Program-made: the position numbers and the translations under genes
Shown: in pieces, positions 1-10,325 of the stretch
How positions within the stretch are numbered: the stretch's first letter is position 1
Layout of the letters: every line of letters starts with the position of its first letter
Notes under the pieces: model-generated
What the model was told of the DNA's origin: nothing
The model's input: only the letters and a program-made list of their open reading frames with translations
Database searches by the model: none
Source: Minisyncoccia bacterium
GTDB taxonomy: Bacteria; Patescibacteriota; Minisyncoccia; Phycocordibacterales; CAJBRS01
NCBI GenBank assembly: GCA_038215155.1
Contig: JBBQRF010000003.1
Span: 553-64,552 of the forward strand
Direction: 5' to 3'
DNA: 64,000 nucleotides

Positions 1-1
1 A

Positions 2-883
2 GTCTATGCTTACCCTGCCACGAGTTTTAACAATCCTAATAAAGGAGGCGTCTCATATGTTAATTCATTAGTGAGATTAAATGAGGATGGGTCCTTAGAC
101 CCGACTCTCACCTTGTCAGGTGCCCCCCCAAACGGAGGGGCAATAACAGCTATCGATTTTAATTCAGACGGTACAATGATAGTAGGCGGAGGATTCACTA
201 ATATTGACGGAGCAAATACTAAATACATCGCTCGTCTAAATTCGGATGGCACTTTAGATAATAGTTACAATTCTAATTTCGGCTCTACTTTTAATGGAGG
301 AATATATGATTTGACTAAGATTGTAGACGGAAAGTATTATGCCGGTGGATATTTTACAGCATACAATGGGCAAGCAGTAGGACGTATTGTTCGCTTGCTA
401 GCTGAGCCTAGACCAGTAAGCGCACCCGTAGCGCCGGCAAATCCCTGGACTACGCCGGCGCCATCAGTTGCAATCGGTGGGGGAGCCTGCGGCTCCGCAT
501 GTGATGCACCTCCAAACTCTGGCAATAGTATTTCAAGTAGCAGTACCAGCGCTAGAACAACCATAACCACTTCCTCTACTTCTACCACTTTTTCTACCAC
601 TCCTAACTCAATCGTAGCGCCACCATTTAATACGGATCTCTTCACCCGAAACTTAGCCCTCGGCTCGCGCGGAGAAGATGTGCGCGAGCTCCAGATTCTC
701 TTGAATAATTTTGGCTTTACTGTTGCTAAGACTGGCCCTGGTTCTCCGGGCAATGAATCTACTTACTTTGGCATCAAGACAAAGCTTGCCCTGATTAAAT
801 TCCAAAAAGCGCATGGAATTAAACCAGCTATCGGCTTCTTTGGACCTAAGACTCGAGCGTATGTTAAAGGTCTGAGATTCTAG
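2..883 (+). CDS. Surface protein, 5'-partial (continues upstream of window): delta-60-like beta-propeller repeats (RLNxDGSLDxT/S) + Pro/Ser/Thr linker + C-terminal PG_binding_1-like domain
   Basis: Frame is open from nt 2 to the GTG at 71. Repeated LNEDGSLDPT / LNSDGTLDNSY motifs. C-terminal LALGSRGEDVRELQILLN...GPKTRAYVKG resembles a peptidoglycan-binding domain. Confidence 0.6.
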   Translation, partial: VYAYPATSFNNPNKGGVSYVNSLVRLNEDGSLDPTLTLSGAPPNGGAITAIDFNSDGTMIVGGGFTNIDGANTKYIARLNSDGTLDNSYNSNFGSTFNGGIYDLTKIVDGKYYAGGYFTAYNGQAVGRIVRLLAEPRPVSAPVAPANPWTTPAPSVAIGGGACGSACDAPPNSGNSISSSSTSARTTITTSSTSTTFSTTPNSIVAPPFNTDLFTRNLALGSRGEDVRELQILLNNFGFTVAKTGPGSPGNESTYFGIKTKLALIKFQKAHGIKPAIGFFGPKTRAYVKGLRF

Positions 884-913
884 AGAGCTCAAGCGGAATC
901 ATCACTTGACACA

Positions 914-935
914 AAGGTTATCTTAAGATAACCTT
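914..935. promoter_or_regulatory. Perfect 22-bp palindrome aaggttatcttaagataacctt just upstream of the antitoxin start; candidate TA operator
   Basis: The sequence equals its own reverse complement. It sits between a ttgaca box (905-910) and the ATG at 941. Confidence 0.5.
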
Positions 936-940
936 CAATT

Positions 941-1204
941 ATGAAAACTTCAATTATTGGTTTAAAAGACCTGCGGATAAATACCGAAAAATACATCTCC
1001 AAGATTAATAAAGGAGAAGCTTTTGTAGTTGTCAGAAAATCTAAACCGGTATTCAAAATAGAGCCAGTCGATGAATGGGGGGATGAAGGAGTTTGGGAGA
1101 CGGTAGTTGATTTTACTAAAATTCAAAAAGGGGGGGTTAAAGCAGATTCAGTCCTCGCCGTCTTAAAAAGAATGAATGCAAAAAATAGAAAAATTTCTCA
1201 GTAA
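941..1204 (+). CDS. Type II antitoxin, Phd/YefM-like
   Basis: 87 aa. The N-terminal pattern KDLRINTEKYISKINKGEAFVVVRKSKPVFKIEPV is typical of Phd/YefM. It overlaps the downstream toxin ORF. Confidence 0.55.
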   Translation: MKTSIIGLKDLRINTEKYISKINKGEAFVVVRKSKPVFKIEPVDEWGDEGVWETVVDFTKIQKGGVKADSVLAVLKRMNAKNRKISQ

Positions 1205-1418
1205 ACTATCTCCCTTACAACGACAAATTGCTCAAGATCTAGTGAATAAAATTATAAAACAAGATCTGCGAGGGTTGGATATCAAGAGATTAAAAGGTCA
1301 GCATAATATCTTTCGAGCACGTAAAGGTAATTTAAGGATTATCTATTGTCTGGAAAAGGGAATGGCTACCCTTATTTTAATAGGAAATAGGAGTGAAAAA
1401 ATTTATAAGAAATACTAA
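1176..1418 (+). CDS. Type II toxin, RelE/ParE superfamily
   Basis: 80 aa with KFLSKLSPLQRQ...LKGQHNIFRARKGNLRIIYCLEKG...ILIGNRSEKIYK, a RelE/ParE-like pattern. It overlaps the antitoxin by 29 nt. Confidence 0.55.
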   Translation: MQKIEKFLSKLSPLQRQIAQDLVNKIIKQDLRGLDIKRLKGQHNIFRARKGNLRIIYCLEKGMATLILIGNRSEKIYKKY

Positions 1419-1440
1419 AAACGCTTCAAATAAGCCATTC

Positions 1441-1468
1441 TTGACAAGTTTATTGAAACGACTATACT
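1441..1468 (+). promoter_or_regulatory. Sigma70-like promoter upstream of 16S rRNA (ttgaca-16-tatact)
   Basis: -35 ttgaca at 1441-1446 and -10 tatact at 1463-1468. A stem ggcgcgtcgctcc/ggagcgacgcgc at 1662-1693 lies in the leader. Confidence 0.5.
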
Positions 1469-1807
1469 ACTCCTACCGCTTTACTCACTTCGCGAAAACG
1501 CCATTTGAGAAGGGCGGTGCTCTTTGAAAATGAGAACGTAAATATATAGTGCAAGTCACTATAAAAAATAATATTGTGATTTCTAGCCGTATGGTTGGGA
1601 ATTGCGATTTTTGAGTAGTACACAAAAAATGATGTGAGCTAGGAACTGGGAATTAATTCAGGCGCGTCGCTCCTCCGGAGCGACGCGCGAAAAGTAGTAT
1701 TCTTTCTTTTGTTCCGTTCTAATTAGTTGTCGGCGCAGGCGCCTTTTTCTTAAAGTAAGAATTTTTCTTATTTTAGATTAAAGCAAAAGTGTCAACGACT
1801 TTATATT

Positions 1808-3401
<1,594 letters not shown>

Positions 3402-3588
3402 GAAACACGGTCGGTCGCGCCTAAGGCGCGACCACCTGACCGAGTCGATATCGTATATCTCGATCGAGTATATGATGAATGATGATCAAGAATTCTGAAA
3501 AATGATCTGGCACTAGGGAAGACTAGCGGGTCCGTAGCTCATAAGAGCTTGGACCTGTAAGAACGGAACAAAAGAAAGAATGCTAGAA

Positions 3589-3615
3589 AAAGCGCCTATT
3601 TAGGCGCTTTTTCTG
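3589..3615 (+). terminator. Rho-independent terminator-like hairpin (agcgcc tattta ggcgct + T-run)
   Basis: GC stem followed by tttttc, about 190 nt after the 16S 3' end. Confidence 0.5.
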
Positions 3616-3630
3616 TGGTTGACATTTGGG

Positions 3631-3659
3631 TTGACATTTTGAATAAAATGTGATAATAT
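3631..3659 (+). promoter_or_regulatory. Sigma70-like promoter inside the 16S/tRNA-Ile spacer (ttgaca-17-taatat)
   Basis: Duplicated ttgaca boxes at 3619 and 3631. The -10 taatat at 3654-3659 is 9 nt before the ATG at 3669. Confidence 0.45.
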
Positions 3660-3668
3660 TAAAAGCAA

Positions 3669-3830
3669 ATGTTATCAGATCTTACCAGATTCGAAGGTCC
3701 GAGCGACCTTGCCAAAAAGAAACGTAAAGTCAACACTGGCTTTCTTTCTCTTTTCTTCGTCGCCATCATTATTATCAGCGCCGCTTTCGCTGCTGGAGTA
3801 ATGTTGACCGAGGCCGGCTACTTTCAGTAG
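3669..3830 (+). CDS. Putative 53-aa tail-anchored membrane protein (MLSDLTRFEGPSDLAKKKRKVNTGFLSLFFVAIIIISAAFAAGVMLTEAGYFQ)
   Basis: Not in the ORF track because it is under 60 aa. It has its own promoter, is probably leaderless, and has one C-terminal TM helix. A terminator hairpin follows at 3843-3880 (aacgctatcatc..gatgatagcgtt + T-run). Confidence 0.3.
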   Translation: MLSDLTRFEGPSDLAKKKRKVNTGFLSLFFVAIIIISAAFAAGVMLTEAGYFQ

Positions 3831-4027
3831 TCCTAAGTTCTCACAACGCTATCATCCTCGGATGATAGCGTTTGTTGTTTTCAAGGCGCCTCAGCAATGA
3901 AGCGCCTTTGTCTTTTTCCTCTGTTTTTGTTATCTTTTGTCTACTGTCCGACCTTAGCCAGTTTTGAAACTGGCTTCGGCTGGACGCTGAATTTTGTAGT
4001 TACTCACAAAGTTCGCAACCAAAATTC

Positions 4028-4100
4028 GCGCTTGTAGCTCAGTTGGTAGAGCACATCACTGATACTGATGGGGTCCCAGGTTCGAATCCTGGCAGGCGCA
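4028..4100 (+). tRNA. tRNA-Ile (anticodon GAT)
   Basis: Cloverleaf folds by hand: acceptor gcgcttg/caggcgc, D-arm gctcagttggtagagc, anticodon loop ctGATac, T-arm ccagg ttcgaat cctgg. No CCA is encoded. Confidence 0.9.
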
Positions 4101-4164
4101 CAATTAAAATGAGATAAAAGGTCATTTTAATTGTGCGCCTGAGCAAGCAAAAAAATTATTAATC

Positions 4165-5067
4165 ATGAATATCCTCAACTTCGTTCTCACCATTCTCGGC
4201 CTCTCACTTTTTGAAATAATCAACAGCGTGGATAACGCCGTTATTAATGCCGAAGTCTTAAGTACCATGAGCCGCCGAGGACGCAAATGGTTTCTTTTTT
4301 GGGGAATTTTATTTGCTGTTTTCATTATTCGAGGATTGCTTCCGTGGATAATAGTTTGGGTAACAGTGCCGGGATTGGGCCCAATCGGCGCTATCACGGC
4401 CACTTTTAGTAATGATCCAGCTGTATCCACGGCGATCAGTCAATCCGCACCGATTCTACTTTCTGGCGCTGGGATTTTTCTTCTCTTCTTATTCTTTCAC
4501 TGGCTCTTTGTGGAAAATAAAAATTTTGGCCTTCGTCATGAGGCCTTTTTTTCCCGTCAGAGCATCTGGTTTTATTTTGTGGTTTCATCTGTTCTCGCTT
4601 ACATTGTTTGGCTCTCTCTGAAAATAAATCCGCATCTCGCTTTCGGAGCGGCCATCGGCGCCAGCGCTTTCTTTCTGGTTGAGGGTTTTAAAGAAAGCGC
4701 TGAGAAACAAGAAAAGAAACTCCTTAAGCCTGGCCGATCTGACCTCAGTAAGATATTTTATCTAGAGGTCATTGATGCGGCTTTTTCAGTTGACGGAGTA
4801 CTGGGCGCTTTTGCTTTCACTTTATCAGTACCCACTATTATTTTAGGCAATGGTCTTGGCGCCTTTGTCCTTCGTCAATTAACAGTGGGCAATATTGAAC
4901 GAATTAAGAAATATCGATTCCTGAAAAATGGCGCCATGTATTCCGTTTTTTTTCTGGGCTTGATAATGCTTCTTGATGCTCTGGGAGCCGGGATTCCTAG
5001 TTGGATCTCACCGATTATTACCTTTCTTGTAGTGGGATATTTTTTTCTTCGATCAAGACGAAATTAG
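4165..5067 (+). CDS. TerC/DUF475-family integral membrane protein
   Basis: 300 aa polytopic membrane protein with the N-terminal motif EIINSVDNAVINAEVL, which is TerC-like. Confidence 0.65.
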   Translation: MNILNFVLTILGLSLFEIINSVDNAVINAEVLSTMSRRGRKWFLFWGILFAVFIIRGLLPWIIVWVTVPGLGPIGAITATFSNDPAVSTAISQSAPILLSGAGIFLLFLFFHWLFVENKNFGLRHEAFFSRQSIWFYFVVSSVLAYIVWLSLKINPHLAFGAAIGASAFFLVEGFKESAEKQEKKLLKPGRSDLSKIFYLEVIDAAFSVDGVLGAFAFTLSVPTIILGNGLGAFVLRQLTVGNIERIKKYRFLKNGAMYSVFFLGLIMLLDALGAGIPSWISPIITFLVVGYFFLRSRRN

Positions 5068-5148
5068 CCGTGGTGGTGGAATTGGTATACACGTACGTTT
5101 CAGAGACGTATACCGTAAGGTTTGTGGGTTCAAATCCCACTCACGGCA
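5067..5148 (+). tRNA. tRNA-Leu (anticodon CAG), type II with a long variable arm
   Basis: Acceptor gccgtgg/tcacggc, anticodon stem tacgt/acgta, loop ttCAGag, 13-nt variable arm, T-arm gtggg ttcaaat cccac. 82 nt. Confidence 0.85.
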
Positions 5149-5168
5149 CTTTCATAAATTAATTTTAA

Positions 5169-5243
5169 GGGCCATTAGCTCATTTGGTAGAGCGCATCCA
5201 TGGCATGGACGAGTCCGGGGTGCGATTCCCCGTAGGTCCACCA
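5169..5243 (+). tRNA. tRNA-Ala-like (anticodon GGC) with encoded CCA; the acceptor stem has two non-pairing positions, so it may be divergent or decaying
   Basis: Close to E. coli tRNA-Ala(GGC): D-arm gctcatttggtagagc, loop atGGCat, G3:U70 present, T-arm cgggg tgcgatt ccccg, 3' end taggtcc-a-cca. Positions 6:67 (A:A) and 7:66 (T:T) are mismatched, and there is one anticodon-stem mismatch. Confidence 0.5.
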
Positions 5244-5337
5244 TAACGAAGTTTGCTTGACAAAAAAGCACTTCTCTCTAATGTGAGTATTAGTAGTACT
5301 TTAATAAACCTCAACCACCAATAAAGGAGAATAACTA

Positions 5338-6525
5338 TTGAAAAAACCCTTGATTAAGGCCATTTTTGGCCTTTTTACCAGCCTCCTCTTATCGAGCTGC
5401 GCCAGTACTTCTAGTCGGCCTCTGGCTAAAAATAATGACAGTTTCTTCGTGGAACGGCCTAAAGCGGTTGCTTTAGCAAAGTCCCGAAACGATGTTAGCA
5501 CCCACGTATCTAACCATCAGGAAATTAAACAGCCCTCTTCCATTAAAATCGAAGAGGAGGAGATGGCCGATTCAATTGAGCCGGCGCCCATTGTGATCCA
5601 GACACCTAGTCTGGAGATTACGGCGGGAGATACTCCAAACGATGAGGCACCAATTACAAACTTTGTTTTTACTCACAATCTCGGATACGGATCTACGGGT
5701 AGAGATGTGATATTACTCCAGGATCGTCTGGCGGGAGAAGGATTTCCAGTAGTGATGGGCAATGCTCCAAAAGGTCAGTTCGGTATTCGAACAAAACTGA
5801 GTGTCGCACTCTTTCAAAAGCGCGCCGGTATTCCGGCAACCGGCTTTGTCGGTCCGATTACTAGGGCTTATTTTAATGGGCATAGTGTGCGGGCAGGAAA
5901 ATCGATTGAAGATAATCAACAAACCAATGAAGGCTCACTATCACCAAAGGTCAGTTGGTATCTTTCACCGGCACAGAAAATGGCTGCTCAATCGTCTTTT
6001 TCCAACCACACTCTTGATGAAGTACGCCGAATGATGCAAGTGATTCACTGCCGGCGCTTTATCAGCCCTGAGGCCTGGATTCCGAGTATTCCCGATCAGT
6101 ACGTTCGGGCAGTCGCCAATCCAGAGCCAATTCGGTTTCAAGGCCAGACCATTTATCGTGGAAATTGTTTGGGCAAGACTCTCTGTCTCTTTAGCAAGTT
6201 GGCGGGCGAGGCAGAATTTGTCTACGGGGAACACATTAGTAAGGCCAAGATACGCGGCTTGAACGTGGACATCCTCGGTCCGGACAAAAAAACTTGGCAC
6301 TGTTGGTTGAGGTGGCAATATCAAGGACGAAGCTATATTTTGGATCCCAGTCTCAATGACGTGCCAACCTTAGTGTTGGAGGATGAGACAGGAACTCGCT
6401 ACATTCCTCATTACATCGCTGATAAAAGTGGTGTGAGGGTAGTCGGTGGTCGAGGTCGAAACGTGAACCTCCCACAGAAAAAAGCGCCGGTGACGACGCG
6501 CTTTAGAATAGCATCGCTTCGATAG
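5338..6525 (+). CDS. Lipoprotein with a PG_binding_1-like domain and a C-terminal transglutaminase-like cysteine peptidase domain
   Basis: TTG start preceded by an aaggag SD. Signal peptide with lipobox LLLSSC. Middle region GYGSTGRDVILLQDRL...GPITRAYFNG. C-terminal GNCLGKT...WHCWLRWQYQGRSYILDPS has the Cys-His-Asp pattern of transglutaminase-like proteins. Confidence 0.6.
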   Translation: MKKPLIKAIFGLFTSLLLSSCASTSSRPLAKNNDSFFVERPKAVALAKSRNDVSTHVSNHQEIKQPSSIKIEEEEMADSIEPAPIVIQTPSLEITAGDTPNDEAPITNFVFTHNLGYGSTGRDVILLQDRLAGEGFPVVMGNAPKGQFGIRTKLSVALFQKRAGIPATGFVGPITRAYFNGHSVRAGKSIEDNQQTNEGSLSPKVSWYLSPAQKMAAQSSFSNHTLDEVRRMMQVIHCRRFISPEAWIPSIPDQYVRAVANPEPIRFQGQTIYRGNCLGKTLCLFSKLAGEAEFVYGEHISKAKIRGLNVDILGPDKKTWHCWLRWQYQGRSYILDPSLNDVPTLVLEDETGTRYIPHYIADKSGVRVVGGRGRNVNLPQKKAPVTTRFRIASLR

Positions 6526-6552
6526 CCAACAAACCAACAGAAAGAATTTGAA

Positions 6553-6590
6553 GAGGGAAGCCGCATCATCGGCTTCCCTCATTTTTATTT
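6553..6590 (+). terminator. Rho-independent terminator (gagggaagccg catcat cggcttccctc + tttttattt)
   Basis: Perfect 11-bp stem plus T-run, immediately after the 5338-6525 stop. Confidence 0.7.
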
Positions 6591-6627
6591 ATTCTTTCTA
6601 GAGCTCACTTTGCTATACTAAATAATT

Positions 6628-7170
6628 ATGATTATTGGTATTGCCGGACAGCCATCGAGCGGAAAGGATACATTCTCTACATACTTGGAAAGTAAATACG
6701 ACTTCCATCATATTTCGACTAGCGATTACATTCGACAATATGTCAGAGATAATAATCTAGGAAGCCTTGATAGAGAGACTCTCCGCGAGACGGCAAATCT
6801 GCTGCGAAGAATGTATGGAGCTGATTATTTAATGAAAACAGCTTTAGAGAACGCCCAAGGCCGTACTATTATTAGCGGCATCCGAAATATTATGGAAGCG
6901 ATGGAGTTGAAAAAAGCCGGCGGTACATTAGTAGTGTTAGAGTGTCCAATCGAACAGCGTTATAAATGGGCTACTAGTAGAAATAGGGCGGGGGACGGCC
7001 TCATCACTTTTGAAGAATTCAAACTTCAACAACAAGTGGAAGAAAAAAATGCAGATGAAAATGCTCAGAACGTCTTAGAAGTAATAAAGATGGGGGATTC
7101 TATTCTTAAAGATTACTGTAATTTTGAAGAGTTGTATCAGCGGATTGACGAACTAATGAAGAAAATTTAA
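6628..7170 (+). CDS. P-loop NTPase, nucleoside/nucleotide kinase-like (dNMP-kinase or AAA-like)
   Basis: Walker A GIAGQPSSGKDT at the N-terminus. 180 aa. A -10 tatact sits 7 nt upstream of the ATG, implying a leaderless mRNA. Confidence 0.5.
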   Translation: MIIGIAGQPSSGKDTFSTYLESKYDFHHISTSDYIRQYVRDNNLGSLDRETLRETANLLRRMYGADYLMKTALENAQGRTIISGIRNIMEAMELKKAGGTLVVLECPIEQRYKWATSRNRAGDGLITFEEFKLQQQVEEKNADENAQNVLEVIKMGDSILKDYCNFEELYQRIDELMKKI

Positions 7171-7215
7171 CTTTTCTTTAAGTAAATTTTATTCCTAAAA
7201 TGTTATAATTTAGGC

Positions 7216-7968
7216 ATGAAAGCTACCACCCCCTATAAACTCATTGATCACGACCGTTACTTAATTGACGGAGAAGTGAACATGCCTAGTCGTCAATATA
7301 TCCTAAAAATCAAGGAATTACCTGAGGAAGGCAAACCTCGAGAAAAACTCTTAAAATATGGCCCGGGGGCTCTTAGCCTTCAGGAATTAATGGCCATCAT
7401 CCTTGGCACGGGCACTATTAAAGAGGACGTGTTAGAGATGTCGGGGAGAGTGTTGAAAGAGTATGGGGAGCGGAGCTTAGCTAGTCATATCGATCCAAAA
7501 GTGATGGCTAAGGATTTGGACATTCCGTTAATAAAGGCGACAGTAATTGCCGCTACAGCTGAACTTGGCCGGCGTTTTTTTGAGAAAAATACTATGGCGC
7601 CGGCTGTTATTCGTACTGCCAAGGACGTCTTTGATTATGTGCATGATATGCGAAATCTTCCCAAGGAGCATTTACGCGGCATATATTTAAACACTCATCA
7701 CAAAGTCATTCACGATGAAGTCATTTCAATCGGCACCCTCAACTCCAATATCCTTCACCCCCGAGAAGTCTTTAAGCCTGCCATTGAGTTTGGAGCGGCA
7801 GCCGTTATTTTAGTGCACAATCATCCATCTGGCGCCGTTACACCGAGCAAGGCTGATGTTGAAATTACGGAGCAGCTAATTGCGGCTGGGAAGTTAATGG
7901 GCATTAGTTTAATAGACCACGTAATTGTTAGTGGCGATAAATTTGCCAGTGTCTCTGCCAATTATTAA
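7216..7968 (+). CDS. radC: RadC-like JAB-domain protein (UPF0758)
   Basis: HNHPSG...SKADVEIT JAMM/RadC motif. The N-terminal ELPEEGKPREKLLKYG...LQELMAIILGTG matches RadC. An extended -10 tgttataat is 6 nt before the ATG. Confidence 0.8.
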   Translation: MKATTPYKLIDHDRYLIDGEVNMPSRQYILKIKELPEEGKPREKLLKYGPGALSLQELMAIILGTGTIKEDVLEMSGRVLKEYGERSLASHIDPKVMAKDLDIPLIKATVIAATAELGRRFFEKNTMAPAVIRTAKDVFDYVHDMRNLPKEHLRGIYLNTHHKVIHDEVISIGTLNSNILHPREVFKPAIEFGAAAVILVHNHPSGAVTPSKADVEITEQLIAAGKLMGISLIDHVIVSGDKFASVSANY

Positions 7969-7986
7969 GATTAATTTTTAAAAAAT

Positions 7987-8247
7987 ATGAATACTTTAGT
8001 AAAAGAAAAAATTTATTTAATTCCTCAGATTGCTCATTTTCTAGGAGAGGAGAAAAGTATTTATAAGGTTGCTTCTCAAGATGAAGGAGCGGCTTTGGAG
8101 CAGCACCTCAATGACCTGTATAAATTTTTTTTAAAAGAATTAACAATTTTTGAAGCAAAATCTTATCCGATTGATGCAGATTTTCAGAAAATTTCTGGGC
8201 TATTCGAAACGTTACTGGAAGTTAAGAGAAAAGTTAGCGCTCTCTAG
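7987..8247 (+). CDS. Hypothetical protein (86 aa)
   Basis: ORF only. It ends 1 nt before the probable mpl start. Confidence 0.35.
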   Translation: MNTLVKEKIYLIPQIAHFLGEEKSIYKVASQDEGAALEQHLNDLYKFFLKELTIFEAKSYPIDADFQKISGLFETLLEVKRKVSAL

Positions 8248-8248
8248 A

Positions 8249-9778
8249 ATGAGTTCCATGAGCCCTGAAGCAGAAAGTTACTACACTAAAAAGCTGGAAC
8301 GTTTAGCCGATAAGGACTTGCGAATATTTTCGCGGCCGCCCGTTTCGGGGCGGCCACCCCTTTCCACCCGTATTCACTTAATCGGCATCTGTGGTACTGC
8401 TGTGGGTTCCTTAGCCGGCCTCCTTTCGGAGGCCGGCTACCAAGTCTCTGGCTCCGATGAAAAGGCCTATCCACCGATGAGCGATCAAATAGCTCACCTT
8501 GGCATTCAATTTTACGAGGGCTTTAAAGCTGAAAATTTAATTGATAAAGATTTGATAATTGTAGGGAATGTTTGTGGACCGGAAAATCCCGAAGCCGCTT
8601 ATGCACGAGAGAGGAATCTACCCACGCTCTCGTCCGCTGAAGCATATGAGAGATTTTTTATTAATGGCAAAACAAATTCCTTAGTAGTGGCTGGAACCCA
8701 TGGCAAGACTACCACCACCGGACTTTTAGCACATCTCTTTCAATCGGCCACTACCAACCCCACTTATTTAGTGGGAGGAGTTTTAAAAAATACTGAAAAA
8801 AGTTATTCCTACGGAGATGGTCCGGTAGTTATTGTAGAAGGGGATGAATATGACACCGCTTATTTTGATAAAGCCCCCAAGTTCCTCCATTATCGTCCTA
8901 CCAGCGCCATTATTACATCATTAGAATTTGATCATATTGATATCTATGATGACTTGAAGGACTACACTCAAGCCTTTGAATTTTTAGTGGAGTCCATTCC
9001 CGAAGATGGGAATCTTTTCTTGTGGGGGGATGATCCAAATGTTCGAAGATTGGCGGAAAAAGCCAAATGCAATGTGTTTTTTTACGGCTTAAAAGGCAAC
9101 AATCAAATTGAAGCTAGAAATATCATTGCAGGAGTGAATGGGGAAGAGTTCCGACTCTTTGTAAATGGGAAAGAACTGGGCATGTTGAAATCTCCGTTGT
9201 CAGGTGAACATAATTTATTAAATGTCTTAGCCATTTGCGGTATCGCTCTTGCTAACGGCCTTTCTTTTGAGCAGGTGAAGGCCGGCTTAGAAAGCTTTGC
9301 CGGCATGAAGAGGCGCCAAGATATTGTTGGAGAGATTAATGGAATTACAGTTATTGATGATTTTGCTCATCACCCTACTGCCGTAAGGGAAACTATTTCG
9401 GCTATTAAAGAAAAATTCGGAAAACGAAGGGTGGTAGTTTTCTTTGAACCTCGCTCCAATACTAGTCGCCGAAAACTTTTCGAGGAGGAATACGGCAAAG
9501 CTTTCGATCGCTCTGAAAAAGTTTTTTTATCAGTTCCACCACTGCGCCACAACGATAGGGCAGAGGATTTTATAAATGAAGAGAAGGTGGTGGAGATAAT
9601 TAACAGCCGCGCCGGCATCGCTAAAGCATCTTATTTTTCCAATGCCGAAGAGCTTCTCGCCGCTGCCTTGCCAGAAATTCGCTCCGGTGACGTCATCTTA
9701 ATTATGTCGAATGGTTCATTTGCCGGCATCCATCTGCGACTTTTAAGAGAGTTGCAAGAACGTCCTATTTCTGTTTAG
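8249..9778 (+). CDS. mpl: UDP-N-acetylmuramate:L-alanyl-gamma-D-glutamyl-meso-diaminopimelate ligase (Mpl, Mur ligase family)
   Basis: Collinear with E. coli Mpl: IHLIGICGTAVGSLAG, AYPPMS, AGTHGKTTTTG, EGDEYDTAYFDK, DDFAHHPTA, ILIMSNGSFAGIHLRLL. The ORF track opens at 8150; the start at 8249 avoids overlap with the upstream ORF. Confidence 0.85.
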   Translation: MSSMSPEAESYYTKKLERLADKDLRIFSRPPVSGRPPLSTRIHLIGICGTAVGSLAGLLSEAGYQVSGSDEKAYPPMSDQIAHLGIQFYEGFKAENLIDKDLIIVGNVCGPENPEAAYARERNLPTLSSAEAYERFFINGKTNSLVVAGTHGKTTTTGLLAHLFQSATTNPTYLVGGVLKNTEKSYSYGDGPVVIVEGDEYDTAYFDKAPKFLHYRPTSAIITSLEFDHIDIYDDLKDYTQAFEFLVESIPEDGNLFLWGDDPNVRRLAEKAKCNVFFYGLKGNNQIEARNIIAGVNGEEFRLFVNGKELGMLKSPLSGEHNLLNVLAICGIALANGLSFEQVKAGLESFAGMKRRQDIVGEINGITVIDDFAHHPTAVRETISAIKEKFGKRRVVVFFEPRSNTSRRKLFEEEYGKAFDRSEKVFLSVPPLRHNDRAEDFINEEKVVEIINSRAGIAKASYFSNAEELLAAALPEIRSGDVILIMSNGSFAGIHLRLLRELQERPISV

Positions 9779-9787
9779 ATAAGCATT

Positions 9788-10321
9788 ATGGAAAAAATTA
9801 AAAACAAACTCCCCGCCATTATTTTTGCCATAATTTTCCTAGTTATTTTAGCGGTCTTTATTGGAAAATATTCCTCTCTAAATTTAAGTAAGGGAAGTGA
9901 GTATAAAGATGTCTTTTCTGACGATATTACAAACAGTAGCTATAAAGTGGGAGGAGAAACAATTACCTTTCGTGCCGGGCAATACTCTAATCGACAAACG
10001 CACGCTTCTTCTACTATCATTCAATCAGCTATAGGTGATATTAATCATGATGGAGCACGAGATGGCTTGACTATTATAAGCACTGCCAATGCTAGTTCTT
10101 CAGATGCCCTAAATGTTATCTTCAAAAAAGGTGGAATCATCTTGACTAAACCTTTAGTCGTCCCTGTTCCTAAGGATCAAACTATTAAAAATATCCGAAA
10201 AGTGGCTATTGATCAGAAGGGCATCATTACGCTCGAGCTAGCCATTTCAGGTGCTACTCTTCCTATTTCTACTACTCATCAATATAAATTCAGCCATGAT
10301 GATTTAGTACTGGTGAAATAA
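9788..10321 (+). CDS. Hypothetical membrane-anchored protein
   Basis: N-terminal TM helix. 177 aa. Confidence 0.45.
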   Translation: MEKIKNKLPAIIFAIIFLVILAVFIGKYSSLNLSKGSEYKDVFSDDITNSSYKVGGETITFRAGQYSNRQTHASSTIIQSAIGDINHDGARDGLTIISTANASSSDALNVIFKKGGIILTKPLVVPVPKDQTIKNIRKVAIDQKGIITLELAISGATLPISTTHQYKFSHDDLVLVK

Positions 10322-10325
10322 AACG

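Noticed and set aside
337-892. Antisense ORFs (337-753 and 653-892, minus strand) inside the delta-60/PG-binding gene
   Set aside because: They fully overlap a well-supported + strand CDS. They are low-complexity and have no motifs. Such ORFs are typical shadows of coding sequence.
1725-1755. Terminator downstream of the toxin gene (gtcggcgcaggcgccttttt)
   Set aside because: The stem would close a 2-nt loop and is unlikely to be stable. It may be weak or non-functional. The strong hairpin at 1662-1693 has no T-run, so it is more likely an rRNA leader processing stem.
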